Assembly (NCBI GenBank): GCA_013152275.1
Contig: JAADGS010000027.1
Span: 1 to 64,000 of the forward strand
Length of the DNA: 64,000 nucleotides
Direction of reading: 5' to 3'
Source: Actinomycetota bacterium
Lineage (GTDB): Bacteria; Actinomycetota; Acidimicrobiia; Spongiisociales; UBA4744
The translations under genes and the position numbers were made by a program. Below are positions 1-10,380 of this stretch, in pieces. The notes beneath the pieces were generated by a model. The model was not told the DNA's origin, searched no databases, and saw only the letters and a list, made by a program, of their open reading frames with translations. Positions within the stretch are counted from its first letter, which is position 1, and the number at the start of each line of letters is the position of its first letter.

Positions 1-1314
1 CAGGACAGCGACTTCTACTACCTGACCGGTTTCGAGGAACCCGACGCGATTGCCGTGTTCAATCCGTCGCATTCCTCCGAGAGGTATGTGCTGTTCGTTC
101 GACCCCGGGACAAGGAGCAAGAGACATGGGTCGGTCGCAGGGCCGGTGTCGAGGGGGCCGTCGAGCGGTTCGGGGCAGATACTGCCTATCCGTTGACCGA
201 GTTTCAGGAGCGTCTCCGCGGATACCTGATCGGAAGGCCGATGCTGCACTGCAGGGCAGATACCGTGGAGAGACTGCTCGAGCCGTTGAGCGCCGCACGA
301 ACGTTCCATCTCAGGGATGGCAGGCCGGTGCCCTTCGAAATCGGCGACTTGGCATCGCTGCTCGCAGAGATGCGGCTCCGAAAGGACCCGACCGAGATCG
401 ATCTCCTTCGGAAGGCGGCTGCCGTCACCGGAGCGGGCCATCTCGAAGCGATGAAGTTCACGAAACCGGGAGTCGGCGAAGATCGGGTCCAGGCGGTGAT
501 GGAGTACGTGTTCCGGGCAGGGGGCTCTCCTCGCAACGCCTACCCTTCCATCGTCGCCTCCGGTCCCAATGCCTGCATTCTCCACTACACGGAGAACGGC
601 AGGCAGATGCAGGGTGGAGACCTTCTCCTGATCGATGCGGGCGCCGAATACGGGTATCTGGGGGCCGATGTCACACGTACCTTCCCGGTCAACGGGAAGT
701 TCACCGCGCCACAGGCTGCCGTCTACGAAGTCGTGCTCGGCGCGCAGAAAGCAGCGTTCGACGAGGTCATCGTCGGAGCGACGTACGAGCGAATGCATAT
801 GGCGGCACGGAAGGTCATCACCGAGGGGCTCTTCGAGATGGGCTTGTTGCCGAAGGGAACCGAACAATCGATCGCCATGCACCACTATCGCGAGTTCTTC
901 ATGCACGGGACCGGCCATTGGCTCGGTATGGACGTCCATGATGTTGGCGCGTACAAGGATGCCGCGGGTTCTCGGGTGCTGGAGCCCGGTATGGTCTTCA
1001 CGGTCGAACCGGGTATCTACGTCGATCCGGAACGAGCGACCGTCAAGTTCGCGCTGCTGGAATACGACCTGGACGATTGGATGGAGCGGCGCTATCGCCT
1101 CGGCGCGGAAGCCGCACGCAAGATCGAGACCGAGGAGCGTGACAAAGCGGGGTACGCGGAGCACGCGATTCCCGAGGAGTTTCGTGGGATCGGTGTGAGG
1201 ATCGAAGACGATCTGCTCGTAACATCGTCCGGATACGAGATTCTCACGGCGGATGTTCCCTCGACGCTCGAGGACGTAGAAGAGGCGTGTGCCCTGCGGT
1301 CGACTCTCAGGTAG
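1..1314 (+). CDS. pepP: Xaa-Pro aminopeptidase (aminopeptidase P, M24B), 5'-truncated by window edge
   Basis: Frame open from base 1 (QDSDFYYLTGFEEPDA); metal-ligand motifs LIDAGAE, ADVTRT, HGTGHWLGMDVHD, TVEPGIY, GVRIEDD. Confidence 0.93.
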   Translation, partial: QDSDFYYLTGFEEPDAIAVFNPSHSSERYVLFVRPRDKEQETWVGRRAGVEGAVERFGADTAYPLTEFQERLRGYLIGRPMLHCRADTVERLLEPLSAARTFHLRDGRPVPFEIGDLASLLAEMRLRKDPTEIDLLRKAAAVTGAGHLEAMKFTKPGVGEDRVQAVMEYVFRAGGSPRNAYPSIVASGPNACILHYTENGRQMQGGDLLLIDAGAEYGYLGADVTRTFPVNGKFTAPQAAVYEVVLGAQKAAFDEVIVGATYERMHMAARKVITEGLFEMGLLPKGTEQSIAMHHYREFFMHGTGHWLGMDVHDVGAYKDAAGSRVLEPGMVFTVEPGIYVDPERATVKFALLEYDLDDWMERRYRLGAEAARKIETEERDKAGYAEHAIPEEFRGIGVRIEDDLLVTSSGYEILTADVPSTLEDVEEACALRSTLR

Positions 1315-1419
1315 TGGAGAACATCCGAAGCCGCCCTCAGGGCACCTCGTGTCGGATGTCATGGGCGACGCAGGCCAGATACCGCTTCACATGACGTTCC
1401 CGTTGCCGATAGAGATTGA

Positions 1420-2403
1420 ATGAGCGTTGCAACTCTCAAAGGGACGTTCGATAGTTTTCCCTTGCCGGATGTACTCCGTCTCGTTGCCGCGTCCAGGGAA
1501 ACAGGGTTGCTCGAGGTACATTCGCCGGAGCTTGGCGGCAGGATCTTCGTCGTCGATGGGCAGATTGCCTACGCCACAACCCGGTCCGACGATCAACTCA
1601 TCGACGATCTAGCGCGGATGGACCACATCAGCGAAGAAGAGCGAGACGCAATCGAACGCCGCGCCGTTCAGCTCGAGGATGTCTTGAGCACCCGTGCCGC
1701 CGTGCTCGGTATCTTCTTCGGGTACCAGGTGACCGATGTGCTCGTGCGCCTGCTCGCTGTGACCGAAGGGAGTTTTTCGTTTGACGTCGGAGTCATGACG
1801 AAACACCAAACTGCCTACCGGATCGACGTCGAAGCTGCACTGGAGGCCGCAACGGCGCGATCCATCGAGTGGGAGGAGATCCACAAGGTCCTTCCGAGAG
1901 TCGACGTCTCCTTTCGTATGGCGCCCGCGATCGACGATGAAGTCACGATCGACCCGAACCGCTGGGCGATTCTTGCTGCTTTGCCCGCGGCGGGTACCCC
2001 GCGAGAGCTTGCTCTGGCGCTGAAGATCTTCGAATTCGATGCGGCCAGGAGGTTGGCGGAGCTGGTGACGGCCGGCCTGATCGTTGCCGAGGAGCGGCGA
2101 TCGGAACCCGCCGCCGTCAGTCATGGTGTTCCCGAGCAACCGCCGGAGCCGGTATCGGAAGAACGGGAGTTGACGTCCGAGGAACGCGAGTTGACGTCCG
2201 AGGAACGCGAGTTGACGTCCGAGGAAGCGGCGGAGGTGCTCGGGTCTTTCATCGGCCTCGGCGACAGGTCGGAAGAAGAGCCGGCCGGTCAGGAAGAAGG
2301 ACCTGAAGAGCGAGCGGCAGGAGCAGGCGCCGAGGAAGAGGAAAGTGACCTCGCCCGGCGGTGGAGACGACTACGCAAGGACCACAGATCCGCAGGGAGC
2401 TGA
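1420..2403 (+). CDS. DUF4388 (PatA-N-like) domain protein with acidic low-complexity C-terminus
   Basis: N-terminal LKGTFDSFPLPDVLRLVAASRETGLLEV…GRIFVVDGQIAYA and …EGSFSFD are typical of DUF4388. Confidence 0.8.
   Translation: MSVATLKGTFDSFPLPDVLRLVAASRETGLLEVHSPELGGRIFVVDGQIAYATTRSDDQLIDDLARMDHISEEERDAIERRAVQLEDVLSTRAAVLGIFFGYQVTDVLVRLLAVTEGSFSFDVGVMTKHQTAYRIDVEAALEAATARSIEWEEIHKVLPRVDVSFRMAPAIDDEVTIDPNRWAILAALPAAGTPRELALALKIFEFDAARRLAELVTAGLIVAEERRSEPAAVSHGVPEQPPEPVSEERELTSEERELTSEERELTSEEAAEVLGSFIGLGDRSEEEPAGQEEGPEERAAGAGAEEEESDLARRWRRLRKDHRSAGS
2158..2226 (+). repeat. 21-bp in-frame tandem repeat x3 (EERELTS)
   Basis: GA(A/G)GAACG(G/C)GAGTTGACGTCC repeated three times inside the DUF4388 gene. 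Confidence 0.95.
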
Positions 2404-2445
2404 GGGATCTTCGACGTCCGTCCGGCCTCCGGTCCCCCTCGGTAT

Positions 2446-3930
2446 TCAAACGAGTGGGGGACGACGATCCGCCCAAGGTTGGGCGGCCTCGAGTTGTCCC
2501 GCGAGCCTCAGTAGTGTCGCCTCATCGCCGTATCTGCCTGCGAACTGGACGCCGATCGGGAGATCCGAGGCGTTCCAATGGAGGGGAATCGACATGGCGG
2601 GCTGTCCGGTCAGGTTGAACAGCATCGTGTTGGGAACGGGGTCCATCTGTTCGGCTGCCATCTGGTCCAGGACGAGGTCCAGTATCTTGCGGGCCGGGAA
2701 GCGACCGACGGCCTTGATCGCCAACTCGTCACGCCGGGATGGCTGGAGTTCTCCGATCTTCACGGGAGGCCGGCCGAGCGTCGGTGTGAGTAGGACGTCG
2801 TAGGTCTCGTGGAAAATGGCGATTCTCCGGGCATCTTCCTGGGTTGCGACCAGGAGAGAAGCGAGTTCATCGCCTCGGGTTTTTCGCCCTATCAGCATCA
2901 TGAGCCAAGTCACCGGCTCGAAGTAGTCGCGTTTGGGTTCCTTCCCAACGAGATGGGCCGCGTAGTCGATGTCGGCGGCGAGGCCGGTGGCAACGATACG
3001 TAGATACGCCTCCACCATCCTCGCCTTGTTGAACGGTGGACATGCCTCTTCAACATGGTGTCCGAGGCTCTCCAGAAGAGCAGCCGCCTTTTCTGCCGCC
3101 TCTACGCAGTCGGGATGTGTGGTCGTGCCGAACAGGGACTTCGTGCAGAGGGCTACGCGCAGGTGCCCCGGGTCCGTGTGGGCCTCTTCGAGGAATGGGC
3201 GTTCCGGAGCGGGCGCGATCAGAGGTTCGCCGATTGCAGGTTGTGACGAGATGTCGAGCATTGCGGCACTGTCACGAACGCTGCGGCTCAAGACGTGCTC
3301 CTGGACGAGACCGAGCCAGTTTCCGTCGAAGTGCGGTCCCAGAGGGTTGCGACCTCTGGACGGTTTCAGCCCGAACAGCCCGCAGGCAGACGACGGGATA
3401 CGAATCGACCCGCCTCCGTCGCCGCCATGGGCCGCCGGAACGAACCCGGCGGCAACGGCGGCTGCGGAGCCGCCGCTGGAACCTCCGGGAGTGTGATCGA
3501 GGTTCCACGGATTGCGTGTCGGGCCTCGAAGGGCGGGTTCTGTGACGGCGAGCAGACCGAATTCGGGCGTGTTGGTCTTGCCAAGAACGAGAAGACCCGC
3601 CTTGCGGTAGCGTGACACGAGTACCGAATCCTCGTCGGCGACGAAGAACTGGAGAAGGCGAGACGACGCGGTCGTCGGTTCGCCTTCGTAGAGGGCCGTC
3701 AGGTCTTTGAGGAGGAAGGGGACCCCGGCGAAAGGCCCGTCGAGTGACTGCGCGGCCTGGGCGAGGGCTCGGTCGTACATCTTGTGGACGACTGCGTTCA
3801 GGCGGGGATTGAGCTGTTCGATGCGAGAGATTGCAGCCTCGACGAGTTCGCTTGGGTGTACATCACCGTTTCTGACGAGATCGGCGAGGCCGATGGCGTC
3901 GTACTCGGCGTATTCGGCAAACACTGTCAC
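2446..3930 (-). CDS. Amidase signature family protein
   Basis: PFLLKD, GKTNTPEFG, PGGSSGGSAAAVA, DGGGSIRIP motifs; GTG start 8 nt after GGAGG. Confidence 0.92.
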   Translation of the reverse strand: MTVFAEYAEYDAIGLADLVRNGDVHPSELVEAAISRIEQLNPRLNAVVHKMYDRALAQAAQSLDGPFAGVPFLLKDLTALYEGEPTTASSRLLQFFVADEDSVLVSRYRKAGLLVLGKTNTPEFGLLAVTEPALRGPTRNPWNLDHTPGGSSGGSAAAVAAGFVPAAHGGDGGGSIRIPSSACGLFGLKPSRGRNPLGPHFDGNWLGLVQEHVLSRSVRDSAAMLDISSQPAIGEPLIAPAPERPFLEEAHTDPGHLRVALCTKSLFGTTTHPDCVEAAEKAAALLESLGHHVEEACPPFNKARMVEAYLRIVATGLAADIDYAAHLVGKEPKRDYFEPVTWLMMLIGRKTRGDELASLLVATQEDARRIAIFHETYDVLLTPTLGRPPVKIGELQPSRRDELAIKAVGRFPARKILDLVLDQMAAEQMDPVPNTMLFNLTGQPAMSIPLHWNASDLPIGVQFAGRYGDEATLLRLAGQLEAAQPWADRRPPLV

Positions 3931-4182
3931 TGGGACCACCTCCACGAGTCAGCTTACGCGCATCGTCGTCCAGCAAGGCCAGGAGTCCGCCGATGAAGGG
4001 TGGTGCGCCGACCGGCCGGCGGGCACGTCGATTGCCCTGCGGTTCGTATCTGCTCGTGGGCATCGAGACTGCAGGTCGAGGCGAGACGGCGGAGGACGGC
4101 GTTCCGGATCAGGAGGAACGGTCTTGCACCGGCCGGCGGCCGCGCCGGATGCGAGGTACCGGTCTGGAGCCGAGGGCTCGAA

Positions 4183-4548
4183 TCAGTTCACGAGGCGGAT
4201 CGTTACCGGATAGCGGTAGTACTCACCGTTGGACGCGCGAACGGCAGCAAGGATCACCAGCACGAGCCAGGCGATCAAGACGATGGGCAGCAGCAGGAGG
4301 CCGATACCGACGAGTATCAACAGTGCCGAAACGATGCCATAGATCATGAAGGAGATGTTGAAGTTCAGGGCCTCTTTCCCGTGATAGTCGATGAACGGGT
4401 CTTCATCCTTCTTGATGAGCCAGACGACGAGTGGTCCGATGACCGATGGGATGCCGACGAGATTGACCAGTGCGGACAGATGCGCGATGACCGCCCAATT
4501 CTTCGCATCCTGTGTGGCCGGTTCGGGGACGAGTGGCTGAGCTTCCAC
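4183..4548 (-). CDS. DUF4870 domain membrane protein
   Basis: WAVIAHLS…GPLVVWLIKKDEDPFIDYHGKEALNFNIS…GEYYRYP; GTG start after a GGAG-rich RBS. Confidence 0.85.
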   Translation of the reverse strand: MEAQPLVPEPATQDAKNWAVIAHLSALVNLVGIPSVIGPLVVWLIKKDEDPFIDYHGKEALNFNISFMIYGIVSALLILVGIGLLLLPIVLIAWLVLVILAAVRASNGEYYRYPVTIRLVN

Positions 4549-4756
4549 GATGACTCCTCTCCTCTCCTCACGCATAGTCTGCCAGCTCGTATCGAAGTTT
4601 GCTCGTGGTCCATGTCGCTTCCTCCACCTGAACGTCGGTGCAGGCAACCCCGAGGGTCGGGAGGAAGCGTGCAAGAGCCGTCCGCTCGACCATGTCCGGC
4701 TTCTGGTCCGCTCGGGTGAATCGAGGATTTCGGTCGGACACGTCGTCGAGGTCGCC

Positions 4757-5392
4757 TCAGGCTTGGGAAGAGCCTTCGGTCGTGCCGGGATGGACACGGA
4801 GCTCCCCCTTGCCGGCTGCGCGTAATGTCAGATAGAGAGAGGAGTTCTCCAGCGGTGTCGACGGCAGCGGAAGGGGAATGTCGACAACGACGGCTCCTTC
4901 CTCGAGCCGGCGTTCGATATCCCATCGTTCGAGCGCTTTCATGACGACGTCGTTCTGTGGGGAGACCCACGCCCGGAACCGCCGAATACCGTGTTCGAAG
5001 GCGGTTTCGGCGGTGAGCCGCAGAAGTATGCCGCCAAGTCCTCGTTGCTGGTACCCGTCGAGGACGACAACGGCGGCCTCGGCTGCGCCGGGCTCGAACT
5101 GGGCATACCGAGCGACGCCGATGCCACGGGGCTGCGGAGTCGAGACGTCGAACGCAACCCAGGCGAAGTGCGTGTCGTAGTCGACATTGGTCAGATACGC
5201 GAGTTCCCCGCTGCTGAGCTTGTCGACCGACCGGAGGAATCGCAGGTAGCGGGACCGGGGAGAGAGGTCCTCGAGTCCCTCGGCGAGTTTGGGACCGTCG
5301 TCGGGGACGATGGGTCGTATACGGACCGGCGTTTGGTCACGAAGGCGGATGTCGACGGTCCGAGCGGTGATGAACGGATCCGATTCTTTCAT
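4757..5392 (-). CDS. GNAT family N-acetyltransferase
   Basis: IRPIVPDD…LSPRSRYLRF…GVARY…AEAAVVVLDGYQQRGLG acetyl-CoA binding motif. Confidence 0.85.
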   Translation of the reverse strand: MKESDPFITARTVDIRLRDQTPVRIRPIVPDDGPKLAEGLEDLSPRSRYLRFLRSVDKLSSGELAYLTNVDYDTHFAWVAFDVSTPQPRGIGVARYAQFEPGAAEAAVVVLDGYQQRGLGGILLRLTAETAFEHGIRRFRAWVSPQNDVVMKALERWDIERRLEEGAVVVDIPLPLPSTPLENSSLYLTLRAAGKGELRVHPGTTEGSSQA

Positions 5393-6054
5393 GTCCGGGC
5401 GATCGGCGCGATGTACAAGAGGATCATCAGGAAGTGCGCGACGCTTCCGGAGATGACCAGGAGGTGGAATACCTCGTGGTAGGAGAACACCCGCGGTGAG
5501 AGGCGGGGGCGCTTGGTGACCAGCAGAATCATGCCGGTGCTATAGAAGATGCCACCGAGGATCAGGAGTCCGACCGCTCCCATGCCGAGTCGATCCATGA
5601 GCCGGGGGAGGGGGATCACGGCGAACCACCCCATCACCATGTAGAGCGTGATCGAGAGCCAGTTCCTGATCTTCGGAAAGAATACTTTCTGGAAGATGCC
5701 GGCCGCTGCAATGCCCCAGACGAACGCAAGCGTGACCCATTTGAGGGATCCGGAGAGAACGTTGAAGGCAATCGGGGTATAGGTGCCTGCGACGAGCAGG
5801 AAGATCATCGAGTGATCCAGGCGCTGCATACGCTGTTTCCAGCGTCTTCTCCAGGGGATCGAGTGGTACAGGGAACTGGTCGTGTACAACGCGGCTGCGC
5901 TGAGTCCGAACGCGATCATGGAAAGCATGCGCGGGGTGTCCCACGCAGTGCGAATGGCAAGCAGGATCAAGGCTGCGACGGACGCTGCGGCCGCAGTACC
6001 GTGGAGGAACCCGCGAACCGGGTTGTTCATCCTTCCCAACGTCGTTCGGTCCAC
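5389..6054 (-). CDS. Hemolysin III / PAQR family membrane protein
   Basis: SSLYH, RLDHSMIFLLVAGTYTP, YHEVFH motifs; 7 hydrophobic segments; TAGTCT -10 six nt before GTG. Confidence 0.9.
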   Translation of the reverse strand: MDRTTLGRMNNPVRGFLHGTAAAASVAALILLAIRTAWDTPRMLSMIAFGLSAAALYTTSSLYHSIPWRRRWKQRMQRLDHSMIFLLVAGTYTPIAFNVLSGSLKWVTLAFVWGIAAAGIFQKVFFPKIRNWLSITLYMVMGWFAVIPLPRLMDRLGMGAVGLLILGGIFYSTGMILLVTKRPRLSPRVFSYHEVFHLLVISGSVAHFLMILLYIAPIART

Positions 6055-6105
6055 GCTCACAGACTACCGGGGTGGTGGGAATGGGGATACAGGTAGCATT
6101 GGTTT

Positions 6106-6885
6106 GTGAAACCCGAACGGCTCCTCCGACCCATCTATCGGTTGTACGAAGACAGTGTGCTTCGTGGTCTTCCTGCAGATCGGCTGCCCCGTCATATCGG
6201 AATCATCCTCGACGGGCATCGTCGGTACGCACGAGCCGAAGGGTTGTCCGATTATGCGGCAAGCTATCGGGCCGGAATGCGCAAGTTCGAGGAGTTCATC
6301 GGCTGGGCCGAACAGATCGAGATTCCTGCAATCACGGGATGGCTCCTGTCCAAGGAGAACCTCGCGAGACCGGACGAGGAACTGGAACCGTACTTCGACG
6401 TCCTGATCGGACTCTTTGAACGTCTGCCGGATCTCGCGGCACGAAACGACCTGAGGGTTCGGTTCATCGGGAGTCTGGGGCTGCTTCCCGACACACTGAC
6501 CATGGCAGCGAAAAAGGTCGAAGAGGAGGCAGGTGACGGCAGCAGGCGCCTGACGATCGCCATGGGGTACGGTGGCAGACAGGAGATCGTCGACGCGTGC
6601 CGTGACCTCGTTTCCGCGCTTGCCGCCGAGGGTGTTCCTGCCGCCGAGATTGCCGACAGGATCGACGCAGAGGGGATTGGAACTCATCTGTACACGGCAG
6701 ACTTGCCCGATCCCGACCTCGTCATCCGAACCAGCGGCGAGTCGCGCTTGTCCGGTTTCCTCCTGTGGCAGTCGGCATATGCCGAATACGCGTTTGTCGA
6801 TGTCTACTGGCCCGCGTTTCGGCGCGTCGACTTTCTTCGGGCGTTGCGTGATTTCTCCCGGAGGGACCGCCGGTTCGGCAGGTAG
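6106..6885 (+). CDS. uppS: cis-isoprenyl transferase (UppS family)
   Basis: PRHIGIILDGHRR, LSKENL, GYGGRQEI, DPDLVIRTSGESRLSGFLLWQSAYAE; divergent from hemolysin III as in other actinobacteria. Confidence 0.92.
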   Translation: MKPERLLRPIYRLYEDSVLRGLPADRLPRHIGIILDGHRRYARAEGLSDYAASYRAGMRKFEEFIGWAEQIEIPAITGWLLSKENLARPDEELEPYFDVLIGLFERLPDLAARNDLRVRFIGSLGLLPDTLTMAAKKVEEEAGDGSRRLTIAMGYGGRQEIVDACRDLVSALAAEGVPAAEIADRIDAEGIGTHLYTADLPDPDLVIRTSGESRLSGFLLWQSAYAEYAFVDVYWPAFRRVDFLRALRDFSRRDRRFGR

Positions 6886-7151
6886 GCCGAGGACCCATCG
6901 GTGCGGTGAGTGCCGTGGCTGCGTGTGGGACCCGGCGGGGTTCCTCTCGTCTTCTTCGAAACCCTGGTTTGCCGGGATGTCCGCATCGAGGTGCAGCGCA
7001 TATCTCGGTCGGGCTGTCTGAGGTCTGGACTCGGAGGTTCTCGAAGAACAGGGGTCTCACGTGTTCCGAGCGGTGATCGAGTTTTTTGCGACAGGGACGC
7101 TTTGCCTCAGGGCCAACCTGGCGGCAGGCAAAGGAATGTCGCATAACCGGT

Positions 7152-7178
7152 GCGACCGCCCTCGGGGAGGGCGGTCGC
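7152..7178. terminator. Perfect GC-rich hairpin (12-bp stem) upstream of pyrE
   Basis: GCGACCGCCCTC-GGG-GAGGGCGGTCGC; no U-tract. Confidence 0.5.
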
Positions 7179-7240
7179 TATGGTCGGGCTAACTTGGGAG
7201 GTTGGCTAACACTCATGGTATCGGCGTCCGGGAGTGGAAC

Positions 7241-7780
7241 TTGAGCGATTTGTTTCGGCATCTGATCGAACATTCTTTGCGGACCGACGGACCGTTTCTT
7301 CTTCGGTCGGGCATCGAGAGCGATTGGTATCTCGATGCCCGCCGGACCACCTTCGATGGAGCCGGCGCACGTCTGGTGGCGGAGGCGGTCCTGGACGTTC
7401 TGGCGTCCGGCGTCCAGGCGGTCGGGGGGATGACGATGGGGGCGGATCCCATCGCCGTGTCCACGGCGATCGTCGGCACTGAGCGGGGTCTCGACCTGCG
7501 GGCATTCTCGATCCGCAAGCAGGGCAAGGATCACGGAGTGCGGGGACGGTTGGTGGGTGCGGTCTCGCCCGGCGACAGCGTCGCCGTCCTGGAGGACACG
7601 ACCAGTACGGGAGGCGCTCTGGCCGAAGCCGTCGACGTCGCCGTCGGACAGGGACTCGTCGTGATTCAGGCCATAGCGCTCGTCGACAGGAGTGGCACCG
7701 TTGCTGCACGGCTGATGGCCGAGCGCGGGGTACCGTATGTGGCACTGGTCCGTCCCGCGGATCTGGGAGTCGTCGAATGA
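7241..7780 (+). CDS. pyrE: Orotate phosphoribosyltransferase
   Basis: FLLRSGIESDWYLD, GGMTMGADPI, RKQGKDHG, VAVLEDTTSTGG PRPP motif; TTG start after GGAG. Confidence 0.9.
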   Translation: MSDLFRHLIEHSLRTDGPFLLRSGIESDWYLDARRTTFDGAGARLVAEAVLDVLASGVQAVGGMTMGADPIAVSTAIVGTERGLDLRAFSIRKQGKDHGVRGRLVGAVSPGDSVAVLEDTTSTGGALAEAVDVAVGQGLVVIQAIALVDRSGTVAARLMAERGVPYVALVRPADLGVVE

Positions 7781-8349
7781 ATCGATTGGAAGTCGAGCGG
7801 TCCGCGCTGAGGGTGTGGTTGCTGTCGCTCCTCGGGGTCCCGTTTATCCTGCTCGGCCTCGACCTGCTGACCGAACAGCGCTTCATCAACGCGTTCGGCG
7901 CGCTCGTCTACGGTGCAGAGCAGATCCCTGCTTTCGAGCCGAGAGACAAGATCTTCGCGATCGTCTCGGTGCTTGCGGGATTGGTGCTGGTGATCTGGGG
8001 ATTACGAGACCTCGTCCTTCCTCGGAAGTTGGTCGTCGCGGACGGAGCGGGACTCCGGATCGCTCTCGCAGGTCCCCTCCGGCGCGCGGTGTCGATCCCC
8101 TGGGACGAGGTCGGCGACATTAGGGCGGAAATGGCCGACGAGGGCGGAGAGATGCTTCCTGTTCTGGTCGTCGAGTTCTCTGATCCGGACCGGCTTCCCA
8201 CCGACCCGTGGGCGGCGCGTTGGGTGGGCCCGACAACGCTCATGATCGAGAGTGCGGGATGGTCGCTGAGCGCCGAGAGTGTCGCCGCCACGCTGAACAA
8301 GATTCGGGAGTCGATTCCCGCCGAATCCGAAGCGATGCCTTGGGAGTAG
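7777..8349 (+). CDS. Hypothetical membrane protein (2 TM helices plus PH-like domain)
   Basis: ATGA overlap with pyrE; two hydrophobic helices then …GLRI…IPWDEV pattern. Confidence 0.7.
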   Translation: MNRLEVERSALRVWLLSLLGVPFILLGLDLLTEQRFINAFGALVYGAEQIPAFEPRDKIFAIVSVLAGLVLVIWGLRDLVLPRKLVVADGAGLRIALAGPLRRAVSIPWDEVGDIRAEMADEGGEMLPVLVVEFSDPDRLPTDPWAARWVGPTTLMIESAGWSLSAESVAATLNKIRESIPAESEAMPWE

Positions 8350-8359
8350 GGTCGCGCCC

Positions 8360-9124
8360 ATGCTGATCGGAGCCCACGTTCCCAGTGCCGACCCGATCGG
8401 GGAGGCAGCGGCACGAAACGCCGATGTGGTGCAGATCTTCCTTTCGAACCCGCAGTCGTGGAAGAAGCCCCTCGAGCGGGATGACGCCGGCGAGCTGGCG
8501 GCGTCGGGGCTGCCGATCTACGTGCATGCGCCATACCTGATCAACGTGGTCTCACCGAACAACAAGGTGCGCATTCCGAGTCGCAAGATACTCGTCGACA
8601 CGGTTGCAGCGGCAGAGACGATTCGTTCGGCGGGAGTGATCGTCCACGGGGGCCATGTGACAGGCGACAGCACATTCGAAGAAGGATTGGAGCGGTGGGG
8701 GAAGGCACTCCAGCCGATCGAATCCACGGTCCCGATCCTGATCGAGAATACGGCCGGTGGGGGAAACGCCATGGCGCGCAGAGTCGAGGATATCGCCCGG
8801 CTCTGGGAGGTCGTAGGCGCTTTCGGGGCCGGACTCTGCCTCGATACGTGCCATGCGTGGGCCGCCGGTGAGGATCTCGACGGGATCGTCGATCGGGTCA
8901 TGGGGGCGACAGGACGGATCGATCTCATACATCTGAACGATTCGCGGGATCCCTTCGACAGCCGTCGCGATCGTCACGCAAACCTTGGGGAAGGCGAGAT
9001 CCCCACCGACCTGCTGGTGCAAGTCGTCCGCGATGCCGGCGCACCGGTGGTGGTGGAGACACCGGGAGGAGCGGAGGCACAGGCAGCCGATATCGCCTGG
9101 ATTCGGGAACGCCTTCGGAGTTGA
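8360..9124 (+). CDS. nfo: Deoxyribonuclease IV (AP endonuclease 2)
   Basis: [45 protein letters not shown] motifs. Confidence 0.92.
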   Translation: MLIGAHVPSADPIGEAAARNADVVQIFLSNPQSWKKPLERDDAGELAASGLPIYVHAPYLINVVSPNNKVRIPSRKILVDTVAAAETIRSAGVIVHGGHVTGDSTFEEGLERWGKALQPIESTVPILIENTAGGGNAMARRVEDIARLWEVVGAFGAGLCLDTCHAWAAGEDLDGIVDRVMGATGRIDLIHLNDSRDPFDSRRDRHANLGEGEIPTDLLVQVVRDAGAPVVVETPGGAEAQAADIAWIRERLRS

Positions 9125-9158
9125 CGGCGGCCGGCATCGCTCGGCCGATTCGCGGCCT

Positions 9159-9250
9159 GTTCTCAGTCGTCAGAAGTCGTCGCGCCGCCCTCTGTCGGGA
9201 ACGCTCGATGACTGATGACTGATGACTGATGACTGATGACTGATGACTGA
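9159..9250 (+). repeat. Heptamer-armed intergenic element, copy A
   Basis: GTTCTCA GTCGTCA - core ending CTGTCGGGAACGCTC - (GATGACT)x6; between convergent nfo and ino1. Confidence 0.85.
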
Positions 9251-9256
9251 GTACCC

Positions 9257-10363
9257 CTACTCGAGGAAGGTCCGCATCTTCTCGCGTTCCGGATCACCCG
9301 TCGAGATGAATTCCTCCACGAATCGGCGGGCGTCCTCGTCGTGGTACTGCACCGGGGGGCTCTTCATGAAATAGGCCGACGGGCCGAGCAGCGGTCCACC
9401 GATACCCCGATCCTTTGCGAGCTTGACAGTCCGGATCGCGTCGATGACGACCCCTGCCGAGTTGGGTGAGTCCCACACTTCCATCTTGAGTTCGATATTC
9501 AGAGGCACATCTCCGAAGGCGCTGCCTTCGAGTCGGATATACGCCCACTTTCGATCGGTCAGCCATGGGACGTAGTCGGAGGGACCGATGTGAACGTTGT
9601 GGTCGCCCAATTCGTGGCTGAGCTGTGAGGTGACTGCCTGCGTCTTGGAGATCTTCTTCGATTCGAGTCGTTCCCGTTCCAGCATGTTCATGAAGTCCAT
9701 GTTGCCGCCGACGTTGAGCTGGGAGGTCCGGTCCAGATTGATGCCGCGGTCCTCGAAGAGGCGCGCCAACTGGCGGTGAACGATGGTGGCGCCGACCTGC
9801 GACTTGATGTCGTCACCAACGATCGGGACGCCTGCGTCGTGAAAGCGTCGAGACCATTCTTGATTGGAGGCGATGAAGACGGGGATGCAGTTCACGAACG
9901 CCACCCGGGCCTCGAGTGCCGCCTCCGCATATGACCGAGCGGCGTTCTCGGAACCGACGGGCAGGTAGTTGACCAGCACGTCTGCTCCAGAGTCACGCAG
10001 CGCCTGGGCGACGTCGACCGGTTCGGCCGGGGACTCATCGATCGTCTTGCGGTAGTAGGTCCCGAGTCCGTCGAGGGTTGGCCCGCGCAGCACCTCGACA
10101 CCTTTGTGGCCGACGTCCGTGAACCGGTACGTGTTGTTCTGCCCGTTCCACATTGCTTTCGATATGTCGACTCCCACCTTGGTGGCGTCGACGTCGAACG
10201 CGGCCACGAACTCGAGGTCACCAACGTGGTAGCCGTGCATCTCGACATGCATCAAGCCTGGCACCGTGTTGCTCGGATCTGCCTCCCGGTAGTACTCAAC
10301 GCCCTGGATCAGGGAGTTTGCGCAGTTCCCCATTCCGGCGACCGCCACGCGTATCGTGCCCAT
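9257..10363 (-). CDS. ino1: myo-inositol-1-phosphate (inositol-3-phosphate) synthase
   Basis: [67 protein letters not shown]. Confidence 0.95.
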   Translation of the reverse strand: MGTIRVAVAGMGNCANSLIQGVEYYREADPSNTVPGLMHVEMHGYHVGDLEFVAAFDVDATKVGVDISKAMWNGQNNTYRFTDVGHKGVEVLRGPTLDGLGTYYRKTIDESPAEPVDVAQALRDSGADVLVNYLPVGSENAARSYAEAALEARVAFVNCIPVFIASNQEWSRRFHDAGVPIVGDDIKSQVGATIVHRQLARLFEDRGINLDRTSQLNVGGNMDFMNMLERERLESKKISKTQAVTSQLSHELGDHNVHIGPSDYVPWLTDRKWAYIRLEGSAFGDVPLNIELKMEVWDSPNSAGVVIDAIRTVKLAKDRGIGGPLLGPSAYFMKSPPVQYHDEDARRFVEEFISTGDPEREKMRTFLE

Positions 10364-10380
10364 TGATTGCTTCCCTTCGT

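Noticed and set aside
7100..7133. SRP RNA or PyrR-binding site
   Set aside because: CAGG…GGCAG resembles SRP domain IV but lacks the GNRA loop and AGCAG; PyrR consensus absent.
6910..7146. 78-aa ORF before the pyrE hairpin
   Set aside because: No RBS, no recognisable motif, and it overlaps strong RNA stems.
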